A stretch of DNA of 64,000 nucleotides from an uncultured archaeon (lineage in GTDB: Archaea; Asgardarchaeota; Heimdallarchaeia; Heimdallarchaeales; Kariarchaeaceae): positions 1-64,000 of the forward strand of contig CAZYCQ010000009.1 in the NCBI GenBank assembly GCA_964645535.1. Reading direction: 5' to 3'. Positions 37,099 to 47,292 of this stretch are shown here, in pieces. Position 1 is the first letter of the stretch; the number at the start of each line of letters is the position of its first letter. The notes beneath the pieces are model-generated. The model did no database searches, was not told the origin of the DNA, and was given only the letters and a program-made list of their open reading frames with translations. The position numbers and the translations under genes are program-made.

Positions 37099-38928
37099 AT
37101 GAAAAAACAATTTTTTATCGTCCTAATTCTGTTGGTTGGTGTTTTACCGACATCTTCCATACAGTTTTCCTCTAAAGAAAGTATTCAAATCTTCAAAAAT
37201 CCTGAAACTGAATATCACTGGATCTGGGATGATCTTCTTGATCCAAATTTACCTGCAACTATTGCTGGTGATGATTCAGTCTATTGGGGATCGTCTCTAG
37301 GTCCATACTTCAATAGCACTGAAACAATTGCCAAATTACAACTTGCTGCTGAACAATTTCCTTCAGTAGCAAAATATGTCAAAATAGGTGAATCGTATCT
37401 TGGAAAAGAGATCGGTGCTGTCCGTCTTTCTCTCCCCATTGAAACCCCGATGGCAGTTAAATATGAGTTTGCTCTTGTAGGGGCACACCATGCCAGAGAG
37501 GCAATAACTGTTGTGGATTCATTGTTTTTCATGGATCGGCTTCTCTATAATTATCTAAATGGTGATCCATGGACTATCCAGTTGCTTTCACAAGCGGAGA
37601 TTTATATTGTGCCATTGCTAAATCCTGATGGCTTGGATCACACTGCCATATCTCCTTGGCAAAGGAAAAACATGCATCCTTTCGATGAGGATGGGGATGG
37701 TTTTTCTGAAGATGAGTTTGAAATTAAGGATGTCAATGGGGATAACTATGTTGAAGAATACTATGACCCTGATTTGGGAATGTGGATCTACGAATCAATT
37801 GACGGTATGGACAATGACACCTCTCATGGTGAAGATAACCCTGGAGGGGTTGACTTAAATAGAAACTATCCGTTCGAATTTATGGGTCCAGGGTCTTCTT
37901 CAGATCCCCGGGATGATACATATCGTGGTCCAGCCCCCCTCTCAGAACCTGAGACGCAATCTTGGGCTCGTTTTGCACAACAACACCATTTCTTTACATC
38001 CCTTTCATTGCATTCCGGGATTCAAGCAATTATTTATCCGTGGGGATATACTTCCTTACCGCCACCCGACGAAGATGTTTTCGTTGCCATAAGCAATGTT
38101 CTCAAGGGACTTTCAGGTTTTCCCACTTGGGATGAAGTCGGTGGCTATGGTGTTAATGGTGAATGGGGTGATTGGATGTATGGGGAACTTGATTCACTTG
38201 CATTTACGATCGAAACCTTTGGAAATTCCAGATCCTATAGGCAAATCCGAACAGTACGAGGAATTGATCGATATGGAGGGATATGGAATTATTTCAATCC
38301 GGAACCTGGAAATATCTATGAAACCACTGTTGGTGGTGTCCAACCCATGATCGATTTTTTGGCTTCTGTTCCTCTCCAGGGAATTGTTCCCACTGAGTTC
38401 ACTATTCCCCAAATAAGCATGCAATCAAATTCCACTCATATTTCGGTCACATTGCATATCAACACAACTCGGAATGATCTTATTGTCTCATTTGAAAGTG
38501 AAAACCAAACAGATCTGGGATGGTATCCATTGCAAGAGATCCAAGTCAATTCAAGTATTCCGCAATATGAGATCACGGCACAAAAAATTGATGTGCCAAC
38601 TAGGATCTATGTTGGAACACTTTCTCAAGGATTTTCTTTCTATTTTGATACATCTTTGGCTGAAACAAATGGAACCTTTTCCCTTTCTCCAATCAATGGA
38701 ACAAATGGTCCAGTTGACGTAGGGGTTCCTCCCGAACCAGTATCTGAAACCACAAGTACGGTTGTATCTTCACAAAATTATTCAACTTCTACAGTTTCCT
38801 CATTTACAAATATTACGTCAGAATCTTTAGTTTCATCTGAAGTTTCCATCCAACTTTTAGTGCTTCCTATTTCTCTATCTTCCGTGATGATCGTCCGTCG
38901 AAGACAACGGGTTCAAAAGAACGCATAA
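37099..38928 (+). CDS. Secreted M14 zinc carboxypeptidase with S/T-rich stalk and C-terminal sorting-type tail
   Basis: HHARE, NPDG, RKN, GVDLNRNY, SEPET, LHS, YPWG; DxDGDG Ca-binding-like insert; tail SEVSIQLLVLPISLSSVMIVRRR. Confidence 0.9.
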   Translation: MKKQFFIVLILLVGVLPTSSIQFSSKESIQIFKNPETEYHWIWDDLLDPNLPATIAGDDSVYWGSSLGPYFNSTETIAKLQLAAEQFPSVAKYVKIGESYLGKEIGAVRLSLPIETPMAVKYEFALVGAHHAREAITVVDSLFFMDRLLYNYLNGDPWTIQLLSQAEIYIVPLLNPDGLDHTAISPWQRKNMHPFDEDGDGFSEDEFEIKDVNGDNYVEEYYDPDLGMWIYESIDGMDNDTSHGEDNPGGVDLNRNYPFEFMGPGSSSDPRDDTYRGPAPLSEPETQSWARFAQQHHFFTSLSLHSGIQAIIYPWGYTSLPPPDEDVFVAISNVLKGLSGFPTWDEVGGYGVNGEWGDWMYGELDSLAFTIETFGNSRSYRQIRTVRGIDRYGGIWNYFNPEPGNIYETTVGGVQPMIDFLASVPLQGIVPTEFTIPQISMQSNSTHISVTLHINTTRNDLIVSFESENQTDLGWYPLQEIQVNSSIPQYEITAQKIDVPTRIYVGTLSQGFSFYFDTSLAETNGTFSLSPINGTNGPVDVGVPPEPVSETTSTVVSSQNYSTSTVSSFTNITSESLVSSEVSIQLLVLPISLSSVMIVRRRQRVQKNA

Positions 38929-38995
38929 ACTCGTTTTATCGTCCACATCATAACAAAGTTTATATATTTGAAATCAAATTTCCAAGAAGGAGAGT

Positions 38996-39592
38996 TTGCA
39001 GATGAGGTTTGGGACTAGGGTGAATCATATCGATGCTGACAAAGACCTTTTTGAAATTGCCCTTAATGAGAAAAATGAGATCATCAGGGAAGCTGCTGTC
39101 TACAAAATCAAAAAACAATACTATCTTTACAGACTGGTCAAGGAATCAACAGATGAATTGGTTCGATTGATTGCAGTGGATCGACTAAAGAATGAAGAGT
39201 ACCTGAAGAAATTGGCGAAAACGGTTACTGACAAGACCCTTTTAGTTCTTATTCTTGAAAAAATTGACGATACCGAATTTCTTGAAAGATTTGCGGGAAA
39301 TGATGATTTAAATATTCAAAGAGCTGTTGTGAAAAAGATCTCAAACCAAAATATTCTCAAGCATTTGGCACTGACCTCTTCAGATGATCTTGTCCGCAAA
39401 CGGGCTGTTGAACGAATAACTGATGAGTATTTTCTTAAAGACGTTTTTCTTTCAGATCCTTCTTTCTTGGTGCAAAGTACTGCCTTGAAACATATCACTT
39501 CCGAAGATATTCTTTCAGAATTACGACTTACCGTTCCTGATGAATTAATACCCACTCTTGCAGAGCATATTTCTGAAACTATTGACCATTAA
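38996..39592 (+). CDS. HEAT-like helical repeat protein, similar repeat unit to 31135-31620
   Basis: Repeated D.LVR..AV..I.D...L..LA. Confidence 0.7.
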   Translation: MQMRFGTRVNHIDADKDLFEIALNEKNEIIREAAVYKIKKQYYLYRLVKESTDELVRLIAVDRLKNEEYLKKLAKTVTDKTLLVLILEKIDDTEFLERFAGNDDLNIQRAVVKKISNQNILKHLALTSSDDLVRKRAVERITDEYFLKDVFLSDPSFLVQSTALKHITSEDILSELRLTVPDELIPTLAEHISETIDH

Positions 39593-39639
39593 TTGTCTGA
39601 TCCCATCATTGAAATTTTAAAATTATCTCAAAACTTTCC

Positions 39640-40797
39640 ATGATGACAAAATATGTCGTGTTTGGTTTAGGCATGATGGGAGAGGCAATATGCTATGATC
39701 TTCTGTCATTCGACAACAAGGATGTTTTGGGTTTGGAAAAAGACAATGGGCGGATTGACACTGTCAAAAAACGTCTGTCTCAATTTGGAGATCGTTTTTC
39801 TGCAATTCCATTTGATGTCACTTCATATACTGTTGAAAACCTTGCAGAATTTTTAAGGGAACAAAATGCAATTTTGGCCTTCGGAGCAATTGATTACAGC
39901 TTCAATCTTTTCCTTACTGAGGCTTGCATTAAGGCAGGCACTCATTTTCTTGATCTCGGTGGTAATCCAACAATAGTCAGCCAACAGCATTCATTGGACA
40001 AATTGGCGAAAAACAAAGGTGTTACGATCATTCCTGATTGTGGTTTGGCTCCTGGAATGGTAAATATTATTGCAGCAGGAATGATAAACGAATTTGAAGC
40101 AGTTGATTCCTGTAAGATAAGAGTTGGTGGTCTCCCTCAAGAACCTAGGACTATGCTGAAATATCAACAGGTCTTCTCGATCAGGGGTTTGACAAATGAA
40201 TATTTGGAGGACGCAAAAGTCATACGCAATGGGAAGATCATGACTGTTCCCTCATTAACTGAAGTCGAAACGTTGGAATTTCCTGAACCATGGGGTGAAC
40301 TTGAGGCATTCCAAACCGCGGGCGGTACTTCTTCACTTCCTTCAATCTATGAAGGGAAGATCAAAGAATTGGATTACAAGACCATTCGATATAGGGGTCA
40401 CGTGCAATTTTTCCAATTTCTAAAAGAATTTGGATTCCTTTCTGAACATGAAATCGGTGGAGTAATCCCAAGAGCATTTACGGAACAATTGCTTCAAACG
40501 TATCTTCCCAAAGATGAACCTGATGCTGTCCTTGCCCGCATCGTTGTAAAAGGAAACAAGGGAGGTAGAAAACATACTGATAAACTCCAATTGATTGATC
40601 TCATGGATCCGAAAACTGGTTTTTCCGCAATGGCTAGAACAACAGCCTTCCCCATCAGCATCATCGGTCAAATGGTGGTTGAAGGAAGAATAAAGATGAA
40701 AGGAGTAATTCCTGGAGAAATTGCAGTTCCATACTCTCAATTTTTACAGGAGCTCGAAAAAAGGGATATCTGCTTTGAGAAAACCAGTGAATTTTAA
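39640..40797 (+). CDS. Saccharopine dehydrogenase-like oxidoreductase
   Basis: FGLGMMG, DLGG, DCGLAPG, VGGLPQ.P, YKTIRY.GH, SAMARTT. Confidence 0.9.
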   Translation: MMTKYVVFGLGMMGEAICYDLLSFDNKDVLGLEKDNGRIDTVKKRLSQFGDRFSAIPFDVTSYTVENLAEFLREQNAILAFGAIDYSFNLFLTEACIKAGTHFLDLGGNPTIVSQQHSLDKLAKNKGVTIIPDCGLAPGMVNIIAAGMINEFEAVDSCKIRVGGLPQEPRTMLKYQQVFSIRGLTNEYLEDAKVIRNGKIMTVPSLTEVETLEFPEPWGELEAFQTAGGTSSLPSIYEGKIKELDYKTIRYRGHVQFFQFLKEFGFLSEHEIGGVIPRAFTEQLLQTYLPKDEPDAVLARIVVKGNKGGRKHTDKLQLIDLMDPKTGFSAMARTTAFPISIIGQMVVEGRIKMKGVIPGEIAVPYSQFLQELEKRDICFEKTSEF

Positions 40798-40860
40798 AGC
40801 GGAGAGACTAGCCAAGGGAACATCATAATGTTTTAAACAATATCTAACTAATATCGAACA

Positions 40861-42366
40861 ATGAAAAGGATAGGATTAATCTCATTTACCCTGTTCGCAC
40901 TCATGTTGCTTTCTACAAGCAACATTTCTGTTGTTGCGGATACCATTCCAGTTAAGGTGGTTACTCCACAACAGTCGAATGTACTGACGATTGCCACACG
41001 GCATGACAGCATAATCTATACTGCATTTGCAGAAGAATTTGCAAAGTCCTCTTATGGCCAATCTGTCGGTATTACCGATCCGTCTCAAGTTCATTTCTTG
41101 ACACCCACCACATTTGAGGCTTTCTACAAGGCAATGACTGATCCAACTTTTGCCGTAAGCCTTGGTTGGGGTGGAGGCCCTACTCTTTTCAATAACCTTA
41201 TTGCTGAAGGTGCGGTTTCACCCATTACTGACCCTACTACTGTAGCTGCTATCAATGATGCCGTTCCTGACACTCTTGCAGGTGCTGAAATGAAAAAGTT
41301 CGATGACAATGGCGACATGCTTTGGGCGGCAAATGCCATTTCCTCATTCGGTTTTACAGTCAACCATGATGTCCTTGAAGCAAGGAACCTTACCGTTCCA
41401 AAAACTTGGGAGGATCTTGCAAGCCCTGACTTCTTTACGAATTTGGCGCAACCGAATGTTGGTATGGGAAATGCCCCTGACACTACCAGCAATACCCGAA
41501 TTTACCAAATCATCCTTCAACGTTATGGTTGGGATCGTGGATGGGAAATTATTTATCAAATGGCTGCCAATGGAAAAATCTATGGTGGTTCTGTTGAAAC
41601 AAGATCTTCCGTGATTGAAGGCGAAGTGGCTGCTGCAATGACCATTGACTTCTACGGAGTCATTGCAATGCAGGAAAACCCTCGAACCGAATACATTGTT
41701 CCAGAAAATGCCTCAATCGTCAATGGTGATCCGATTGCCATGGCAAAGAACCCTGCAAATCCTGATGCTGCAAATGCCTTTCTCCAATTTCTCTTCTCTA
41801 AAGAAGGTCAATCAATTTGGTTGAGGGACAATATCAACAGGCTACCTATAAGGGAAGATGCCTTTGACACTCCTATTGGTCAAACACGTCCCGACATTCA
41901 TGATCTTTACAATAGGACACTTTCCAACCAAGGGATTGAATTTAATGAGAGTTTGGCACTTTCCTTGGAGGAACCCATGCGATCTCACTTCGAAGCAACG
42001 ATAACGGATGTACACACCAAACATCGAAACACGTGGAACCTGATGATTCAAGGACTACGAAGTGGAAACTTGACTGAGGAAAAATTTGAAGAACTCCGCA
42101 AAGAATTCACCAAGCCCGCTATGACCATGGAGGAGGCAATTGCTATGAATGATCAGTTCCTCTCCGATCAATCATTCCAAAGAGATAAGAAGAAAGAATG
42201 GAGGGACTTCGCAAATTCAAAACTGGATTCCATCAGTAATGAACTGGGTGGACAAGGTATTTCTGATACACAGGTCACCAATGTTCCCTATCCCTCCGTT
42301 GGTTTCATATTTGCCTTCCTCAATCTGGTCATGGCTATCTTCATCACACGAAAACGAAAGAATTAA
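40861..42366 (+). CDS. ABC transporter substrate-binding protein (Fe3+/thiamine-like cluster) with C-terminal anchor
   Basis: TRHD, WGGGPTLF, ISSFGF.VN, P.TWEDL, IDFYG; tail NVPY-TM-RKRKN. Confidence 0.88.
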   Translation: MKRIGLISFTLFALMLLSTSNISVVADTIPVKVVTPQQSNVLTIATRHDSIIYTAFAEEFAKSSYGQSVGITDPSQVHFLTPTTFEAFYKAMTDPTFAVSLGWGGGPTLFNNLIAEGAVSPITDPTTVAAINDAVPDTLAGAEMKKFDDNGDMLWAANAISSFGFTVNHDVLEARNLTVPKTWEDLASPDFFTNLAQPNVGMGNAPDTTSNTRIYQIILQRYGWDRGWEIIYQMAANGKIYGGSVETRSSVIEGEVAAAMTIDFYGVIAMQENPRTEYIVPENASIVNGDPIAMAKNPANPDAANAFLQFLFSKEGQSIWLRDNINRLPIREDAFDTPIGQTRPDIHDLYNRTLSNQGIEFNESLALSLEEPMRSHFEATITDVHTKHRNTWNLMIQGLRSGNLTEEKFEELRKEFTKPAMTMEEAIAMNDQFLSDQSFQRDKKKEWRDFANSKLDSISNELGGQGISDTQVTNVPYPSVGFIFAFLNLVMAIFITRKRKN

Positions 42367-42428
42367 TTGACATTACCTTAATTTCATTCATTTTCTAGAG
42401 CTTGAAAAGAAGAATTATAAAATAGTGA

Positions 42429-44324
42429 TTGACAGACCAATTAGCCGATTTGGTGCCCGCAATGATGACAAGAGAAAAAATGTCAACAGTTTTTGAGAGA
42501 GTATTTGGAAAAATCAAAACCCAATTCCGAAATGATCCCCTTTCATGGTCCGTTATCTTTGGCATTTCTGGATTTTTCTTCATATTTTTGGTTTTGCCCT
42601 TGATTTACGTGACAATAAATGCGGTCTATTTCCATGGGAGAGTTAGCCTTGAAGTTTTTGGAGATGTATTTTCAGATCCAAAATTTTTTGATCCTTCCCC
42701 TTCCCCTGATGAATATTTTATTCAAATATTCAATCCAGAAGGTGGTGGTCCAACCGTAATAACTACTTCTGGATTTGATTTCGGTATTATTCTTAACACT
42801 CTGATCATTGGATTTGCAACAACTTTACTTTCATTGTTTTTGGGCATCTTGACTGCATTTCTGATGGCTCGTGTGGACTTTCCCGGCAAACGAATCATCA
42901 GCGGGCTTCTACTCATTCCCCTTGTTCTCCCTCCATTTGTAAGTGGAATTGGATTTCGGGCATTGTTTGGTCCAGAAATCGGTCTAATCAATAATAAATT
43001 TCTGATTCCCTTGTTCGGTTTTGAACTTCGGCTAGAAGGACTTGTTGCCATTATTTTGGTTCAATCACTCCACTATTTCACATTGATTTATCTCAACGTC
43101 TTTTCCGCCCTAATGAATGCTGATCCTTCAATGGAAGAAAGTGCCGAAAATTTGGGTGCAGATCGGCTGACCGTCACCCGCAAGGTGACCATCCCTCTTG
43201 CTATGCCCGGCATCATTTCCGGAAGTATTCTGGTCTTCATTTTGGCAATGGAGGATCTTGGTACTCCAATTATTTTTGCGGGTTTCGGTGATTCTGTTGC
43301 CAAGTCAACTGTCACATATTACATCAGTACAAATATCTTTGCAAGCCCCGAATCAAGCGAGATTGTACAAGATAGTGCTGCCCTCGGTGTTATCCTTCTA
43401 ATCTCTGCAATCATTGGTTTCGTTTTCCTAAGAAAATATGTATCTTTAAGAGAGTATTCAATGGTCAGTAAGGGTCGTGCTGGTGAATTCAGAACCTTCA
43501 AAACTGGTGTTCTTTCTAGGGTGGTTATCTATCTATATTTCATGTTTCTTCTCTTTATTTCAACATTGCCTCATATCGGAATCATTTACAAATCCTTTAC
43601 AACAGCAGGGGAAGGAAAATTCACCTTGGAATTTTACCAAGTGATTTTTTCATCAAGTGAATCCAGCGGTCTAGCCATGAACCTTCGCAATACCCTTGTT
43701 TATAGTGGTGTTGCCACTGTTCTCATCGTAATTTTAGCGACCCTTGCGGGTTATGTTGCCAACAGGAAGAAATTCTATGGGCAAGGGATCTTTGACACCC
43801 TAGTCACCATACCTATTGCTATTCCTGGAATTGTGTTGGGTATCGGTTTCATAAGGATGTTCGGGAGTTTCCCCACCAATTGGGGAATTTTCACGTTAAA
43901 TCCCCTTGCATTCCCGCCAACACTTCTTATTATAAGCTATACCGTTAGGAAATTCCCGTTCACGGTACGGGCCGTCTTTGCGGGACTTCAACAGACAAAT
44001 GTGGTTCTGGAGGAAGCTGCGGAAAATCTTGGAGCTTCTAAGCCTCGCGTGCTTTCCCGGGTCATCATTCCCTTGATTGCCATGAACATTGTTGGAGGTG
44101 CCTTGGTTTCAATGGTATATACCATGAGTGAGGTGAGTACGACCTTGATACTCATCACTCAACCAAATTATGGGAACATAGTTTACAAACTGGCCGATAT
44201 CTCCACAGGAAAGATTGGTGTTTTTGCGGCTCTCGGTGTTTTATTGATGATACTTCAGTCGATTAGCCTGATTGCAACCAACTTCCTTCTAAGGAATAGG
44301 GCAGAGGCTCTCACAGGAATTTAA
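42429..44324 (+). CDS. ABC transporter permease (two fused TM modules, FbpB-like)
   Basis: Two EAA motifs: MEESAENLGA and LEEAAENLGA. Confidence 0.92.
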   Translation: MTDQLADLVPAMMTREKMSTVFERVFGKIKTQFRNDPLSWSVIFGISGFFFIFLVLPLIYVTINAVYFHGRVSLEVFGDVFSDPKFFDPSPSPDEYFIQIFNPEGGGPTVITTSGFDFGIILNTLIIGFATTLLSLFLGILTAFLMARVDFPGKRIISGLLLIPLVLPPFVSGIGFRALFGPEIGLINNKFLIPLFGFELRLEGLVAIILVQSLHYFTLIYLNVFSALMNADPSMEESAENLGADRLTVTRKVTIPLAMPGIISGSILVFILAMEDLGTPIIFAGFGDSVAKSTVTYYISTNIFASPESSEIVQDSAALGVILLISAIIGFVFLRKYVSLREYSMVSKGRAGEFRTFKTGVLSRVVIYLYFMFLLFISTLPHIGIIYKSFTTAGEGKFTLEFYQVIFSSSESSGLAMNLRNTLVYSGVATVLIVILATLAGYVANRKKFYGQGIFDTLVTIPIAIPGIVLGIGFIRMFGSFPTNWGIFTLNPLAFPPTLLIISYTVRKFPFTVRAVFAGLQQTNVVLEEAAENLGASKPRVLSRVIIPLIAMNIVGGALVSMVYTMSEVSTTLILITQPNYGNIVYKLADISTGKIGVFAALGVLLMILQSISLIATNFLLRNRAEALTGI

Positions 44325-44325
44325 G

Positions 44326-45411
44326 GTGGTACGAATGGTCGAGCTCACACTCAAAAATGTCAATATTTTTTATGATGATTTTCATGCCGTGAAGGATGTC
44401 AACCTCACGGTCAACGATTCTGAAATAGTAACTCTTTTAGGGCCAAGTGGTTGTGGAAAAACAACCCTGCTCCGTTCAATCGCAGGTTTCATCATTCCTA
44501 AATCTGGAAAGATTTTGGTCAATGGTGAGGACATCACGGAAGTGCCCCCCCGAAAACGAGAAATGGGCATGATTTTCCAAAACTATGCTCTCTGGCCCCA
44601 CATGACCATTGAGGAAAATGTAGGCTTCGGTCTTAAAATAAGAGGTGTTCCCACAGAAGAAATCAGGAAAAAGGTTGCACAATTACTGAAACAGGTACAA
44701 CTTGAAGGACAGGAGAAAAAATACCCAACACAGCTCAGTGGCGGTCAACAGCAACGTGTTGCACTTATTCGTGCTCTAGCCATCGAACCTGTTGTCCTTC
44801 TGTGTGATGAACCTCTTTCCAACTTAGACTATAAATTAAGAGTCGAACTTCGAACTGAAATCCGAGATGTTGCAAAACGAGTTGGCGTTACTGTCGTTTA
44901 TGTAACTCATGACCAGACTGAGGCTTTGGCAATTTCAGACCGAATTGCAGTTATCAATAAAGGTCAGATAGAACAGGTTGGCACTCCTCTAGAGATTTTT
45001 CACGATCCTGAAAATCTCTTTGTTGCCACGTTCATTGGCGAATCAAATGTCCTCCAAGGAACTGTGGAAGAGCAATCCGATGAGGGTGTGAAGATCAGGC
45101 TTGATGCTGGCGGGATTGTTACTGTCCCCATAACCGCTGTATCCAAAGGTGAAAAAGTTACTGTAATGACCAGATATGATGGCTTTTCCCTCGGCGAAGG
45201 AACAAATACTTTTTCCGGAATAGTTAAGCATAAGTCTTTTATGGGTACCTACATGCAGTTTGAAATTGAATTGCAACCAAATGTCACCATCTTCTACAAC
45301 GAACCAGATGCTATAGCGGTGAAGGATATAAATGAAGGTGACAATATTTCTGTCTCAATGCCAAGTGACCAAATCCTAGTCTTCGATTCTGAAGGGAAAC
45401 GAATACGGTGA
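44326..45411 (+). CDS. ABC transporter ATP-binding protein (PotA/FbpC-like, TOBE domain)
   Basis: GPSGCGKTT, LSGGQQQRV, LLCDEP, VTHDQ.EA. Confidence 0.95.
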   Translation: MVRMVELTLKNVNIFYDDFHAVKDVNLTVNDSEIVTLLGPSGCGKTTLLRSIAGFIIPKSGKILVNGEDITEVPPRKREMGMIFQNYALWPHMTIEENVGFGLKIRGVPTEEIRKKVAQLLKQVQLEGQEKKYPTQLSGGQQQRVALIRALAIEPVVLLCDEPLSNLDYKLRVELRTEIRDVAKRVGVTVVYVTHDQTEALAISDRIAVINKGQIEQVGTPLEIFHDPENLFVATFIGESNVLQGTVEEQSDEGVKIRLDAGGIVTVPITAVSKGEKVTVMTRYDGFSLGEGTNTFSGIVKHKSFMGTYMQFEIELQPNVTIFYNEPDAIAVKDINEGDNISVSMPSDQILVFDSEGKRIR

Positions 45412-45884
45412 AAAATATGAAGACAGTTTTTGTCAAAGAGTTAAGCATGTGGCTTTATGACCAACTCATTACTCTTTGGACGGAAGCCAATCTTCCATTC
45501 AAACCTAAAGGAAGGGACAGTTATCGATCTCTAAGCAATCGGCTGGAACAAACCAGTACATGGTTGATGGTGGCCATTGATGATACCGATAATATACATG
45601 AGCTTGAACTTAAGGATGGGTTAATTGGAGCAGTCATTGTCACTCATGACGGGCAAAGGGGATGGATCAACCGATTGGCAATCCATCCAAAACACAGAAA
45701 GAAAGGTTATGCAAAACACCTTCTCGAAAAATGTGAACAATTCCTCAGAACCCAGGGCATTTACCTTTTTGCAGCATTGGTGGAAAAAACCAATGTCCCT
45801 TCATTGAACCTGTTTCAATCCTCCGGATACAGGGTGCATGATGAACTTTTGTACCTCTCCAAACGCGATTCAATGGATTACTGA
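45408..45884 (+). CDS. GNAT family N-acetyltransferase
   Basis: GWINRLAIHP.HR.KGYA..LL, N..S..LF...GY. Confidence 0.88.
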   Translation: MKNMKTVFVKELSMWLYDQLITLWTEANLPFKPKGRDSYRSLSNRLEQTSTWLMVAIDDTDNIHELELKDGLIGAVIVTHDGQRGWINRLAIHPKHRKKGYAKHLLEKCEQFLRTQGIYLFAALVEKTNVPSLNLFQSSGYRVHDELLYLSKRDSMDY

Positions 45885-46227
45885 AAAAGGAAAAATATTC
45901 CTACGAATAGTCAAAGAATAGAATGCTTAGTTTGTCTCTACGTTTTCCGTAAAAAAATAAGTCTTTGAGATGTCGTCTAAAAGGGCAGATATTGATGATT
46001 TCCGCCATTTTGTCCATTTTTGTCCATCGGTTACACATTTGTCCACTAGACTTAATGTAATTCGGAAAGAATCTAAGAATGTCGAACGAAACCCTTGAAA
46101 ATCGTTCGCCGTCTCCATTGTTTGTTCAGGGTCGAGTTCTCTCGGCCTACTTAAAATGAATGAGCTACTGCAATGTATTTTTTGTTCTTAAAACAATAAT
46201 TATCTACTCGAATCCTTTCTCAAACAT

Positions 46228-46632
46228 ATGGAAAGAACGCTCCAACGCTTTGACTTTTCTGGTATCCCAACCAAAGATGGTTATAGTTTGAATTTAAGTG
46301 GAATCGTAAGTCGCTTGGAAGGGTTAAATGGCTCATTCGAAAGGTTGCAGAACATTTTCTCTAATTTTTTTTCGAGATATGATCTCATGGATCTTCTTCC
46401 AATAATCGAAGAAAGAAATGAAACTGGATTGGTCTTAACAAATGAGATTAAAACAAAATGCCAAGAAGAAGGTCTTCCTGTAAAAGAGCTCAAAATAATT
46501 ATTTTATCGACCTCACGTAATGGATTGGTTTCATCTTCTGGTGGCTCATCCCAAAAGTTTGATACAAAACAACTCGAAAATATGACTGTCAAGAAGAAAA
46601 AGTCTATCTTCTCCAAACTGTTCAGAAGGTGA
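46228..46632 (+). CDS. Minimal SPFH/band-7-like domain protein with C-terminal amphipathic basic helix
   Basis: PTKDG..L.L...V, L.DLL...R......I......GL.V..L.I pattern; ends KKKKSIFSKLFRR. Confidence 0.5.
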   Translation: MERTLQRFDFSGIPTKDGYSLNLSGIVSRLEGLNGSFERLQNIFSNFFSRYDLMDLLPIIEERNETGLVLTNEIKTKCQEEGLPVKELKIIILSTSRNGLVSSSGGSSQKFDTKQLENMTVKKKKSIFSKLFRR

Positions 46633-46633
46633 T

Positions 46634-47233
46634 TTGATGCCAGAAAAATTTTCGGGATATATTGAACGCACTCCTGCATTAACAATTTTAGGGGGTTTTC
46701 TATCAAATTATTACAATGGATTAATCTTGATTCTTTTTGTAACCTTCTTGACTTTCTCTTTGTTGATCAATTCTGGATTGAATCTTGTGACTGGAGTATT
46801 CACCGTTTTCTTTTCAATTCCTGTCTTTCTTTTTGCCCATTTCCGACTTGTCATGCGGGGGAGAAAGGTAATGAAAAAAACATGGCAACTCCAGGTAGAC
46901 ATGGATGAGCATATCTTGAAATATGAAACCGGTTATCCCAATATCATGAAACCAAAACATGTTGAATTGGAATTGGATGACATCACGCAACTGGAAGTCA
47001 GAGGAAATGAAACCTTTGGATACTTCTTAGAGTTCCAGACTAAAGAAAACCAAGAAAAAATGAAGAAAGCTCAATCCCTCAAGGAGAAAATGGCAATTGA
47101 ACGGTACCAACTTGGACTGTGGCGAGACGTTGAAGATGCTAAGGAGTTTGGGAATCGTCTTTCAACCCTCATATCCAAGCCAATTGAGCAATATTACGAT
47201 AAAGGGCAACCCCATGAAATTCCTTCTTCATAG
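46634..47233 (+). CDS. Hypothetical membrane protein (2 TM + possible PH-like beta domain)
   Basis: Two hydrophobic helices followed by a soluble region with L..DI..LEV. Confidence 0.6.
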   Translation: MMPEKFSGYIERTPALTILGGFLSNYYNGLILILFVTFLTFSLLINSGLNLVTGVFTVFFSIPVFLFAHFRLVMRGRKVMKKTWQLQVDMDEHILKYETGYPNIMKPKHVELELDDITQLEVRGNETFGYFLEFQTKENQEKMKKAQSLKEKMAIERYQLGLWRDVEDAKEFGNRLSTLISKPIEQYYDKGQPHEIPSS

Positions 47234-47292
47234 TTTCCTTTACTCAAAAGAAACAAATATTAGCATGAATGCCTACTTGACAATTAGGAAAT

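Noticed and set aside
46005-46050. DnaA boxes or replication origin
   Set aside because: Imperfect match, archaeal host, and no cdc6/orc1 gene or ORB-like G-string nearby.
45927-46118. 63-aa minus-strand ORF as a real gene
   Set aside because: No motif and opposite to all flanking genes; cannot be excluded but unsupported.
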